A stretch of 64,000 nucleotides of DNA from Octopus sinensis (Eukaryota): contig NC_042997.1 of assembly GCF_006345805.1 (NCBI RefSeq), forward strand, positions 99,448,001 to 99,512,000, given 5' to 3'. Positions within the stretch are counted from its first letter, which is position 1, and every line of letters starts with the position of its first letter. Below are positions 1-11,275 of this stretch, one piece after another. A program made the translations under genes and the position numbers. The notes under the pieces are model-generated. The model was not told the DNA's origin, ran no database searches, and was given only the letters and a program-made list of their open reading frames with translations.

Positions 1-42
<42 letters not shown>

Positions 43-1262
43 CTCCAGCATAATTTCTTGTGATTCAATTATCACAGTTGAGCTATGGAGTGTCTGGTGT
101 TATTAATGAGACAGGAATGAGTTCAGAGTTCTAGTTGTTTTGATTGTTGTGGTTAATGTGGTTATTGTTCAAAAGAAATCGGGTAGAGAAATGGAAGCCG
201 CCGGGACTAATGTGACCATTTCCTTCTGATATTCTCCAGAAAAGCTGACAGCCTTTATCGAGTTAGTTACAAAGATTGATGTATGAGCTGGAAGAGCTAA
301 ACTTCACTTTGTAAGATTCCGAGCTGGAAAGTAAGAGCTGAATGGTTTCACCATTTCGTATGTAGTCTAGAAATTCGACATTGTTTGAATCACAATAACG
401 CTATTGTGGTTTCTTCTGCTGTGTATATATCTCTTTCTCGCTGTATAAACTTCGACCACTGAATATTTTGAGACCCGCGCGACGTCAGAGTAACACACAC
501 GAATCGTTGGACAAGTATTATAATTGTAACCGTCCCAGGTTTCCTTTGTCGTAATATATCCAGGAATCCAGTCTTTCATTATCGAATATATCCAACTGTT
601 TTTTAAACAATTGGGTTTCATCTGGAAGAGAAATCCGCCACAAGGTCCAGTCTTTGTGGTAGTATTGTGGCTTGTATGCCTCAGTGACCCTGGGAGTTTT
701 TCCAGCAGAGCGCAACATCGTGGTAGATCTTCCCATACTGGACAGGTTAGATGACGGAGACCAGACTAATAATTATCACCTCTTCCGAGAGGTAAAAATT
801 AGTTTGCGTAGAGCCAACACTCCAAGAAAAAAGTAAAGTTACAGAAATATCCATGACAATTCAAAACCAAGCAGACCTGGGATAGGAAGGACTTCCCTCC
901 TAGAAACACATAATGTAATGCAACGAAATCAGTCTGAACAATCATATGGTGAACCTATGTGGCAATGACTGGGACAAAATTCCCAAGATGGCTGTGATTG
1001 TCACGTACCGTTTTCCGTACATATTTACACCATTTCTTACCCGTTTCAATTTGAAGTGTCGATATGTTACCCAGTGAACATAAACGTCGAATTAATCGGG
1101 TTTCTGGCCAGACTAGGACTCAGCAAGGTTGACCTAGCTCCCCGTCGGTGAGACGAGTAATCCAGCTGATTCAATGGAACAGCCAGCACTCCACAGACAT
1201 ACCTAACATTAACGTAGTTCTCAGGGAGATTCAGCGTGACAAAAAATATGACAAAGATATAA

Positions 1263-1400
1263 CTCATTTATGCCAGCTGAATGGACTGGAGCAACCGGAA
1301 ATATAGTGTTTTGCTCAAGGACACAACACGTAACAGGGAATCGAACACACGACCATACGATCGTGAACCGAATACCCTAACCACAAAGCCACGCGCCTCC
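1263..1400 (-). mobile_element. tRNA-derived SINE, family C (5' head)
   Basis: Revcomp GGAGGCGCGTGGCTTTGTGGTTAGGG (A-box-like)...GTTCGATTCCC (B-box)...TGTGTCCTTGAGCAAAACAC; same family at 11.3, 20.55, 39.5 and 50.5 kb. Confidence 0.85.
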
Positions 1401-1489
1401 GCTCGGCAAAGATAAGACATCCACAAATTTGGTCAGTTACAAAAATTTCTTAATTGCATAGTTTACACTGGTGAGCATCGTTTATTTCA

Positions 1490-1900
1490 TTATTGTGTTG
1501 CTATATATATATTTGTGTATGAGAATTTCCTTCTGTGTATCAAAAACCAAGCCTCCTGCTTTTGTTTTCATTACTGATATTTCGATCCATTGTTCATTTT
1601 AATTCCGGTTTGCTTATTCTTTGTCGAGTTTTATGAGATATTGGCCATGGAGGTTTTTTTCAATCTGCTTTCTCATTATTATATCAATACTGCTTTGATT
1701 TTGTTTTTCTATATTTTTTTATCCTTTTCTGATGATTCTTTTTATATCTAAATCTTTTTACTTCAGTGCTGTTGCCTACCTGTTTGTACTGTTTTCTTAA
1801 ACATATATATATTTGTACGTCTTTATTTATTAATCTTTTAGTTTGTTTCTACTTATTTTCTTATCCCCACTATCGTCATTTAATACTAGCTCTCTGTTTG
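1490..1900 (-). mobile_element. Highly degenerate R4/Dong-like LINE fragment
   Basis: Minus-strand reading RLKKNLHGQYLIKLDKE..EQWIEISVMKTKAGGLVFDTQKEIL aligns by eye with WQEKPLHGKY..SQQWLRSSGLKAETEGFLIAAQDQSL of the better-preserved copy at 52.2-52.5 kb; abuts (ATT)n. Confidence 0.55.
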
Positions 1901-1906
1901 TATCAG

Positions 1907-1973
<67 letters not shown>

Positions 1974-1974
<1 letters not shown>

Positions 1975-2620
1975 GACGTCGCACAATCTACAATATTGTG
2001 AGGTTGTCGATTGAATATATTGTATCTACTGCGTGTTTGTACTGTTTATCAACTCACAAGGACCTCAGGCAGAGGACTTTTGCCTTCCCCCTTCCGTCCA
2101 TTATCTATTCCGATGTATATTGGTACCAAGCACCAGTAACTTCATATCCATACTTACGGCATAGTAACCAGTGGAGGTTTTGCGCCACTTTGTCGTGTCT
2201 ACGCCTGTACTTTTTCTGCGCAAGACTTTCACAGGCACTAACAATGTGAGTTACACTTTCGACCCTCTTCCCACATATTCTGCAGAAGTCCGATGCACTT
2301 GTGTTGAGTTGGTATTCAATGCCCGGTCCTGGGCCGCGATGATTAGCGTTTCAGTATTCTTTTTTAGGTAACCCTTGTTGAGCCACCTCCATGGTGCTCC
2401 CTGGTCTTTTAATTTGTTGGTTTCACGGTGGAACTAACCATGTAATTCCATACAGAGTAGGGTTTCTTCTCTCTCGTTGGCTGTTCTTGTTCGGAATTCA
2501 TGAGCACTCTCAAATCCATTTTTGCTAACTCCTTCTGCCCTAACAGCATACTGTAGTAGGTCTTCTTTGCTGTTTACCATATACTCTACTATGCTTCTTC
2601 TTTCCCTGTTGATGCACTCC
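1974..2620 (-). mobile_element. R4/Dong-like LINE 3' fragment, internally deleted
   Basis: Minus translation WRWLNKGYLKKNTETLIIAAQDRALNTN..CRICGKRVESVTHIVSAC (CCHC knuckle)..RRRHDKVAQNLHWLLCRKYG..KAKVL, then abrupt jump to a 3'-UTR-like CCTGAGGTCCTTG; (TAA)n on both sides. Confidence 0.85.
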
Positions 2621-2672
<52 letters not shown>

Positions 2673-2674
<2 letters not shown>

Positions 2675-2801
2675 TCCGAGGTCAACTTTGCCTTTCATCT
2701 TTTCGGGGTCGATAAATTAAGTACCAGTGGGACACTGAGGTCGATGTAATCGACTAGTCCCCTGCCCACAAATTTCAAGCCTTGTGCCTTTAGTAGAAAG
2801 G

Positions 2802-2832
<31 letters not shown>

Positions 2833-2849
2833 TATTATTATTATTATCA

Positions 2850-2903
<54 letters not shown>

Positions 2904-3260
2904 GCTCGGTGAGCTGCCTGAATCTCTAGCACACCGAACAAAATGCGTAGCGGCGTTTCGACCGTCTTTACATTCTCAGTTCATATTCCGCCGAAGTCGT
3001 CTCTATCTTTCATCTTTTCAGGGTCGATAAAGTAAGTACCAGTTGAATTCTGAGGGGAATGTAACTGGCTTGCTCCCTTCCCCCAAAATGTCAGGTTTCG
3101 TGCCTATAGTAGAAAGGTTATCATTATTATTGTTAGCGCGGCGAACAGGCAGAATCGGTAGCACGCCTGACAAAATGCTTAGTAGCTTTTTCCGGTCTTA
3201 TGTCCTGAGTTTAAATTCCGCTGCAGTGGACTTTGCTTATCATTTTTGCAGGGATGAAAA
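2673..3260 (+). mobile_element. Cluster of 3 family-A SINE copies separated by (ATT)n
   Basis: Repeated core GAGGTCGACTTTGCCTTTCATCCTTTCGGGGTCGATAAATTAAGTACCAG with tail CCTTGTGCC...GTAGAAAGGATTATT; the core resembles a Meta-type SINE central domain (recalled, unverified). Confidence 0.85.
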
Positions 3261-3299
3261 CGGTAGCTATTGTTGTTTCATGTCTTGAGATTTAATGAA

Positions 3300-3600
3300 A
3301 GCATGTTTCCCGGGAGATGAAGAACTTAGAACTGAAACTCAAGCATATTGTTTCGTTTTGGGATTTGGTTTGCAAGATTCTTTATACGAGTTCGTGTGTT
3401 GAAGCATATTCTGTTGTGTCTTGGGGAGAGACATTTTCTTTTTGTGCCTTATAATGTAACACACTCACCGGTAAAATTTCCCCTTTTTTCTTATTTTTAT
3501 TTTCCTAAAATTTTCGTTGCGTCTTGCAACCTTTTCAATAGTATTGACTCTCAACCATATTGAGTCTTAATTTAAAATTAGTTTTAGTCTGTTGACTAAG
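3300..3600 (-). mobile_element. Probable Penelope-like pLTR relic with variant hammerhead-like fold
   Basis: Minus strand CTA-TTGAAAA-GGTTGC AAGAC GCAAC-GAAA-ATTT-TAG at about 3505-3541. Confidence 0.35.
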
Positions 3601-3619
3601 ACTTATTTAAAATCAAATT

Positions 3620-4640
3620 TTAGCGTTGTTTCCAGAGCTTCTATGACAAGAAGTATAACTATATTTGTATGTTTCAAAGCTTTATTAGTTTTCATGTCAA
3701 TTCCAGATACTTTTATCACTAACGCTTTCTCATAATATATATTATAGTAAATTCGATATTACCCATACCTTATTTGTTTCTGTTATAATCATAGTTGGTT
3801 TGTTTCTTTATTACGTAATTAAGTTGCACAGAGAAAAGCTAAAACATCTTACAATAATATAACAACTTTTCCTTTTAATTTTTTTACTTTAAACTTCCAG
3901 CTAACCGTCCAGTGGTTCCTTTTCCTAGCAGGTTCAGTTTTTATTTTATTCACTTATTTATTGCTATCTTTCTGAAGATACTATATTATTGATGTTTTCT
4001 TACTTTGCCACATCCAGTACTTTGCTGGCTGCTGTGTCAGGTTTTGCTTTAATTGGATATATTCTTATCAACAAATAACCATGCCTATTGTTCCTCTCCT
4101 AATCATATACGTTGCTTGCCTAGCAAACTGCTCATTCACAATACAATTCTACTAGCTTTCCATCTTGTTGCTACATAGTTTTGTTTGTAATATTATTTTT
4201 CTTCTACGTTTTCACTAATCATCTTTCGAGCTGCACATATAAGCTTCTCATTTTTGCTAACATATATGCATAATCCTATAATTGCCAAATGTTCTTACTG
4301 TTACATTGGATAATCAGCTGCCCCCGCCTCGTTTTATAAATATACACAGTTTACTAACATTCAGTGTGGGAGTAACTCGCTGTGCATTGTTAACGGCTTT
4401 CTGGTGCGTCTTTTCATTTGATCCAGTTCATATTTCGTCTATTCATGAAAGGCAATAAAAGATTTCAATACTATTATTGATCCTTTAATGATGTTCCTTC
4501 CATTTAGTTTTATATCTTGGATTTTCATGGTCGTTCTTTTGTATTCATCTCCAGATTTGTCTTTCATTTCTTTCTGCTTCGCACCATCATTCTGCTGCAC
4601 AGCCAGGCCAGTTATGCATAGATTTCTTCGTTCATCACTG
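3620..4640 (-). mobile_element. Degenerate R4/Dong-like LINE (RT C-terminal region to RLE)
   Basis: Broken minus-strand peptides KIQDIKLNGRNIIKG, TPTLNVSKLCIFIKRGGGQL and ILLVIEALET match the R4 motifs KLNxxNxIKAIN, HPKADxxRLYxxRxxGGRGL and PIVIGALG. Confidence 0.6.
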
Positions 4641-4918
4641 ATCATATTACTTTGTTGTCTCTAACGGTAATTCTTTCAGACTTTATCTTTTTTGCATCAG
4701 TGCACACTAGATGATTGATTCCAACGTTACTTTTGGCTAAGTAATATTTTGGTTAACAGTTTTCTGATGTATATGTGGCAGAAAATGAAAGAAATAATAA
4801 ACACAAAATGTAGATAATAAATCTCCTTGGAAAATACCTCCTTTAATCTCAATTTCGACCGTTGATTCTTGACTACATGTCAACTTGACTCGCCTTAAGA
4901 AAGTTTATTTCAGTATGA

Positions 4919-6065
4919 CACAATCGTTAGCACGCCGGGCAAAAATATTTGGCGGCATTCGTCCGTCTGCACACCCTGAGTTCAAATTCCGCCTTCATCC
5001 TTTTGGTGTCGATAAAGTAAGTACCAGTTGTGCACTGGGGTAGATGTAATTGACTCATACCCTCCCACTGAAAAACTATTGGGCTTATGCCAAAATTTGA
5101 AATCAATATGAAAGATAACCCTATAGGATGGTGAGCTTGCAGAAACGTTAACGCGCCCGAAATAGTGCTTAGCGGAATTTCGTCCATCTTTACGTTCTGA
5201 GTTCAAATTTCGCCGAGGTTGACTTTGCTTTTCATCCTTTCATGGTCGATAAAATAAGTACCAGTTAAGCACTGGGGGTCAATACAATCGACTAATCCTG
5301 CCCAAAAAGTTGCTGACCTCATGTCAAAATTAGAAACCAATATGAAAGACAACTCAGACTCCTTCAAGTCCATCTAGGTCTGAATGTTTCGTTTTCTTGA
5401 AATTACAATTGTTATCATTATATAGATTACACTATTATTGCTGGTAGAATCGTTAGCACGCGAGACAAAATGCTTAACATTTCGTGCGTCGCCTCATTCT
5501 GAGTTTAAATTCCACCAAGATCGACTTTGCCTTTTATCCTTTCGAAGTCGATAAAATAAGTACCAGTTAAGCACTGGGATCGATAAAATTGACACGCCCC
5601 CTGTTGTTAAGGCGGCGAGCTGGCAGAATCGTTAGCACGCCGGGAAAAATACTTAGCAGCATTTCGTCGGTCTTTACGTTCAGAGTTCAAATTCCGCCGA
5701 GGTCGACTTTGTCTTTCATCCTTTCGAGGTCGATAAATTAAGTACCAGTTGAATGCTGGGGTCGATGTAATCGACTTACCCCCTTCCACGGAATTGCTGA
5801 CCATGTATCAAAAATTTGAAACCATTATTTTTGTTTTTATTATCATTATTATTGAGGCAGAGAGCTGGCAGAACCGTTAGCATGCCGAATAAAATATTTA
5901 TTGGCATTTTTTTCCGGCTTTACGTCTGGCTTCAGGTTGACTTGCATTACATCCTTCCGCGGTCGATAAAATAAGTAGCAGTGACATACTGGGGTCGATT
6001 TAATCGACTAGTCCCCTTCCCAAAAATTTCAAGCCTTGTGCCTTCGGTAGAAAGGATTATTATCA
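4919..6065 (+). mobile_element. Head-to-tail array of 5 family-A SINE copies
   Basis: Copies at about 4919, 5128, 5440, 5610 and 5855, each with GGCAGAATCGTTAGCACGCCGGG head, GAGTTCAAATTCC B-box and CATCCTTT..GTCGATAAA..AGTACCAG core. Confidence 0.9.
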
Positions 6066-8706
6066 TTATTATTATTACTTAGACGCAAGGACAATAAATT
6101 CGAAGGAAGGAGATTAATTGATACCGTCGCCTCCAGAACAAAGCTTTTTAAATATTTTCAGGTTAAAAATATATTCACACAGAAAACCTCTATTAATCTC
6201 ATTTGGTCGATGACAATGTTTTCTTGCAGAGGATAACATAAATCGACTTTTCAAAGAAAATCTAAGTAGTTAAAAAAATACTTAAAAGATGTACTAAATT
6301 ATAAACAGTATATGTATGAAGATTATGGAAATATTTTTCATTCAAAATCAGAAGACAGACGACGGGCAGAAAACAACTGTCATGATTAAGCAGAATTTGA
6401 CGTCAGAGAGAGAGCAGGGAGGAGAATATGTGTTCTTTTCATGGATGTACAATGAGAGATGTATTATAGATATTGAGACGACAGAGCAGTGTTTGCAATG
6501 AGTGGTGAAGTGGACACAGAAGCGAAAGTAAAATTTATATGAACAAACATACTACATATAACAATTATAATAGAAAAGCAAAAGACAACTACAGTGAAGT
6601 GAAATGGGAAAATAACGATTTCTTTGAGTGCAGAAACTGATTAATACGAGAGGAAATAAGAGTTTGTTTAGTGTATGTTTTTCCCCAAAGGCATTATGGT
6701 ATAAAAGAAAATTACTTTAAGCATAAAGAAAATGATGTCGTATTGTTCCTACCGTGTTATAACTGTTTACTGCTATGTAGCCAAGCCCATTTTAGAGGTA
6801 AGTCTCTAGAATGCCTACGACAACATATGAACCACTATCTTTGAAATACTTTCCGGTAACTATATCCACTCATTCATAAACATTCATTCGATTCTGTTAT
6901 TTATATACCTGTCAATAAGCTGAAAATAAATTATTTTACAAAATAAATCGATATCATTATCTTAAAGCACCAGTGTACTACTACCCATCAGAAGACTTGC
7001 CACATATTATAGTTAGGGATCTTCAAGTCTTTCACATGACAGTGTAGGGTTTAAGCATGTGGTTACCTGAAGTGTTTCATATAATAATTTTCGTTATTAA
7101 ATTTCAGTTCTTCACCATAAAATAAGACAGTAGCATATTTTTGTTTCTTTTTATTTTTTAATTTAGTAATATTCAATTTTCCATCTCTACTTTGAAAAGA
7201 AACACATTTTAAAAATGCAGCAACAAATTCTTGCTACGATCAAAAGCTATTTAATTAACTAATGTTTTGCTAATCAATCAAACTGTTTATTTTCTTTCAA
7301 AGGATTAATCATTTGCAGTTCTCGTGGGTCACTTTTATCTCATTGCCAAGAAAGTCAGACTAATTGATGAAAAAATAGGTGATTTAAAAACATAGTTTCA
7401 TAATCTCATTTAAATTTGAACGTAGTAGTTTCTTGTCGAATCAACATTTTGTCATTTAAATAAACTGCAAACAAAAATAAAAGTTGTAATAAATAAAATG
7501 TTCGAATTTTTACACCATCTAATTTTAAATCTCGATGGGGTGTTATGTGTGAAATCAGTCAATGGAATTTCAAAATTTATTGATGCTATCGAGGAAGACA
7601 TTACGTCAGCTGAATTTGGAAATTGTGTTATCTCGTTATTAATTTAAAAAGCAATGATTTACTGTATCCTTCAATAGAAGTTGAATATAGAATTATTGTT
7701 TTTGTTGTTGTTATTGCTTTTCTCACTGTATTTTTAACGGAGTAAGATAAAGAAAGAAAAATGGCTTACAGCTTAATGTCTTAACCCAACTGCAAGGTTT
7801 ATTTTGATGTGCTTTTTGTTGAACTGTTAAACATCGCAAAAGGAAAATATATGAGGGAACTAAAATAATGGATTTGAGAAGTGAACAATACAACTATTTG
7901 AATAATGAGACACCTCGTAAGTGTTAGTAAGAAATATTTCAAATATAGGTTGTCTGGAAAAACAGAGTAAAAGTTTACAAGATAGACTAATAGTTGAAAG
8001 TATTATTTAAAGATATAACCTATTTCACTACCCAAGACCTTGTCAGAATTCTTCACTTTCTGTTCTTTATATTTTATAGTTTTGAACAAAAACTTAAATC
8101 ATTCTTTATATATGGTTTAATAAAATAGCATTTAAATCGACCTTCAATCACACCCTACCGTCTTCGAAAAGGAAGACTATTTTATATTGTTCTTTAGTTT
8201 CTTTGTTTTTTCCATTTCAGCTAAGGCTATGCTGTAGCACCGAATAATGTAGTTCAAGAAGCACTTCGTCTGAAGAAAGATGGAAAGATTATTTTATCAT
8301 TGCTGAGCTTTGCTCACAACATGAACTGCATACTAACTTGTGTCCTACCTCCTAAGATGAATAGTATTTCTTCCCATGTAGAAAACATCCAGTATTTTCA
8401 CGTATTTCATAGTGCAGAATCTTATAACTATTTCCAAAAAGGTTTCTAATCTTGGTTAAATTTACTCAATCTGCCCAGTTATTCCGTCATTAAAGCAAAG
8501 TAGTGAGAGAGATGAGAGGAGTTTTGGCATGAACGACATAATATTATAAGCCAATGAGGTGAGCCTCTTCGTGGTCACTCAACCTGTTACAAATAGTATT
8601 GAAATCACTTAGGTATCTTAAAAAGAGAGAAACACATCAAATAAAAACAGTCAATGTTAGCATAGCATACTAGTTTAAACCTAAGATAATATCCATGGCA
8701 AGAGAA

Positions 8707-8900
8707 GGCGGCGAGCTGACAGAATTGTTAAGACGCCGAGAAAATGCTTAGCGGCTTTTCGTACGTCTTTAAGTTTCTATTTCAAATGCTGCCAAGTTTC
8801 AGTTTGCATTCATCCTTTCGGAATCGCTAAAATAAGTACCAGTTGAGTGCTGGGGTTGATTTAATCGAATTTTCTGGCCTTGAGCTGAAAATTGAAACCA
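8707..8900 (+). mobile_element. Family-A SINE
   Basis: GGCGGCGAGCTGACAGAATTGTTAAGACGCCG..CATCCTTTCGGAATCGCTAAAATAAGTACCAG. Confidence 0.85.
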
Positions 8901-9564
8901 ATATTCATAGCAGTAATGTGCTGTGAAATGTGTAATTACTTTTAGTCGCTGTTTATCAATGCCTCATCGTATTCTATGTGCATCAGATTGTTAATACGAT
9001 ACCTACCGTACACCTAGTCAAAGATTACAAAACTCCTATGCGCTAGGTTTGAAGAAGAGTAGAAAGAATAGAAACTCTGATAGTTTCACAACATCTGTCT
9101 AATCACATGCTCTGATTAATCTAAAGCCAATCTTCGCGGGAACTTTAAATTTCTTTGTATATCAAAATTATAATTATCTTTGAAGGAGATCATATTTTAT
9201 GACTATTCGCTCACAATCTAGACGGATTGTTCACGATTAGACCGATCTGCCGATCTAAACTTCAATAGAACGGCTTTTCTCGTTTTCATCGTTCCCAGTC
9301 AACAGTGATTTAAATGGTAAACTAGATCCGTTGTTTTGTTTCGTACCACAACTTCACCTGTAGGTGCATTTAGCAGTGTCTCTACTGCTAGGAGTATTCG
9401 AACTGGGCGTCTAGTTCGAGGATAGCTTCCTCCTGCCTTCCACCTGTCTCGAAAAATTTTTAGGCACTCACCTTCTACAGACGAAGTGTTAAAAATATCT
9501 TTAAAAATTAAAAAGAACTACGTAATAATATTATTGATTATAAAAAAAAGTTTAATCAGTCTAT

Positions 9565-9810
9565 CATCATCATCATTCTAATGTCCAATCTTCCATACTT
9601 GCATGGGTCAGACGGAATTCGTTGAGACAGATTGTCTACTGCTGAATGTTCTTCTTGTTCCAAACCGTTACTTGTTTCAAAGCAAGGTCATATTTCTCAA
9701 TAACCAGACATGTAGTCACAGAAGGCTGGAATCAAATGACACGTCTCGTATGACGGTGACACTCGTTTACAACTCTCTCACGATGTCAAGGTACAAAGAC
9801 ACATACATAC
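9565..9810 (-). mobile_element. RTE-tailed non-autonomous repeat
   Basis: Minus 3' end CCGTCTGACCCATGCAAGTATGGAAGATTGGACATTAGAATGATGATGATGA resembles RTE-clade 3' tails ending in (GAT)n (recalled). Confidence 0.45.
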
Positions 9811-10071
9811 ACACATACGCACGTACCATTAATGTAAATGCGAAATCACTGGTGACATGACTACGCCCGGTGCTTAGAGAGCTTACCTTCCTTGATGGTC
9901 AATAAGATGGTGCTTATTATGAGTTGTTTTGACTCTTATATCTAGCAATACTGATGCTGAATAGTGCCCTCAGTCACTTTAGTGACATATAAATTTTTTT
10001 CTTTCGGTTGAAAAATTGCTAACGAGTCACCCTTATTAGTTATATATATGTATATATATATATATAATTTT

Positions 10072-10482
10072 TTTCGTAATGAGATAAAAAAACCAAGGCT
10101 GAGTAGATTTTAGAACATTTATAGATAGAAGGTCTTACAGCTGTTTCTAGGATATTTATTGTATCCCTTCATCGGAGATGGTGTGAGAGAATAGTTGAGT
10201 AATAGTTAATTTAGATAAGATACAAAATAGAGAGTGAGGTTGAGGAAAGAAAATAGATGTGAGATATGTGGGGACATTGAATTTGTAGATCCATTTTTTA
10301 GGCAAAATGGTATGCATCTAAGATTCCAATACTTTATGAGTAAAATCCAACAGAAGTTAAAATTGGTCATTCCAAGCATCGAGTCTATACTCAGTGCTTT
10401 TGAATCAAAGGTTTTTCTTTAAAGTAACCTAAAAATAGGGAGCGTATTAGTATACCTTGGTTTTTTTTATCTCATTACGAAA
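10072..10482. mobile_element. Penelope-like pLTR relic with outward-facing inverted ends and a hammerhead motif
   Basis: TTTCGTAATGAGATAAAAAAACCAAGG (10072-10098) inverted at CCTTGGTTTTTTTTATCTCATTACGAAA (10455-10482); minus-strand hammerhead motif inside. Confidence 0.7.
10132..10179 (-). ncRNA. Type I minimal hammerhead ribozyme motif (one core substitution)
   Basis: Minus: TCT-CCGATGA-AGGGAT ACAATAAAT ATCCTA-GAAA-C AGCT GTA-AGA. Confidence 0.65.
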
Positions 10483-10599
10483 TTTTTTTTTTATATACAC
10501 ACGCTGACATATGACCAACTTAACTATGGTCTATTTATAGCACTTATTCGGCATTACATGACACCTTTGGGTCTCAATGACACCATTACCTCTCATAAC

Positions 10600-10600
10600 T

Positions 10601-10661
<61 letters not shown>

Positions 10662-10667
10662 ATATAT

Positions 10668-10709
<42 letters not shown>

Positions 10710-10804
10710 ATATATATGTATATATATATATATATAGATATATATATATATATGTATGTGTATATATATATATATATATAATATATATATAATATATATA
10801 TATG

Positions 10805-10878
<74 letters not shown>

Positions 10879-10925
10879 ATATATATATAGGTTATGAGAG
10901 GTAATGGTGTCATTGAGACATATAT

Positions 10926-10990
<65 letters not shown>

Positions 10991-10992
10991 AT
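10600..10992. repeat. (TA)n-rich compound microsatellite
   Basis: Direct reading; explains ORFs 10577 and 10593. Confidence 0.95.
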
Positions 10993-11084
10993 TGGCCTGC
11001 TAGCTTAGCCAGCGGGGTGGCATCATTCGAAGGCTAAAACAATGCGAACACATCTGATGGTCTGGTCGGTCACGTGATCACATG

Positions 11085-11117
<33 letters not shown>

Positions 11118-11121
11118 ATAT

Positions 11122-11275
11122 AACGGGCTTCTCTCACTTTCTGTCTACCAAATCTACTCTCAAGCTTTGGTCGACCCTGGGCTGGAGTAGAAGACATTTG
11201 CCCAAGCTATTACGCAAGTGGAATTGAACCCAACCAAGTGGTTGGGAAGCGAACTCCTGAATTATACAGCCATGT
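11122..11275 (-). mobile_element. Family-B SINE (degenerate 5' part)
   Basis: Revcomp matches the 53364 copy: ..CTTGGGCAAATGTCTTCTACT..GTAGATTTGGTAGACAGAAAG..AAGCCCGTT. Confidence 0.75.

Noticed and set aside
6316-6700. Purine-rich stretch resembling a LINE endonuclease
   Set aside because: Only vague motif similarity; cannot be supported without a search.
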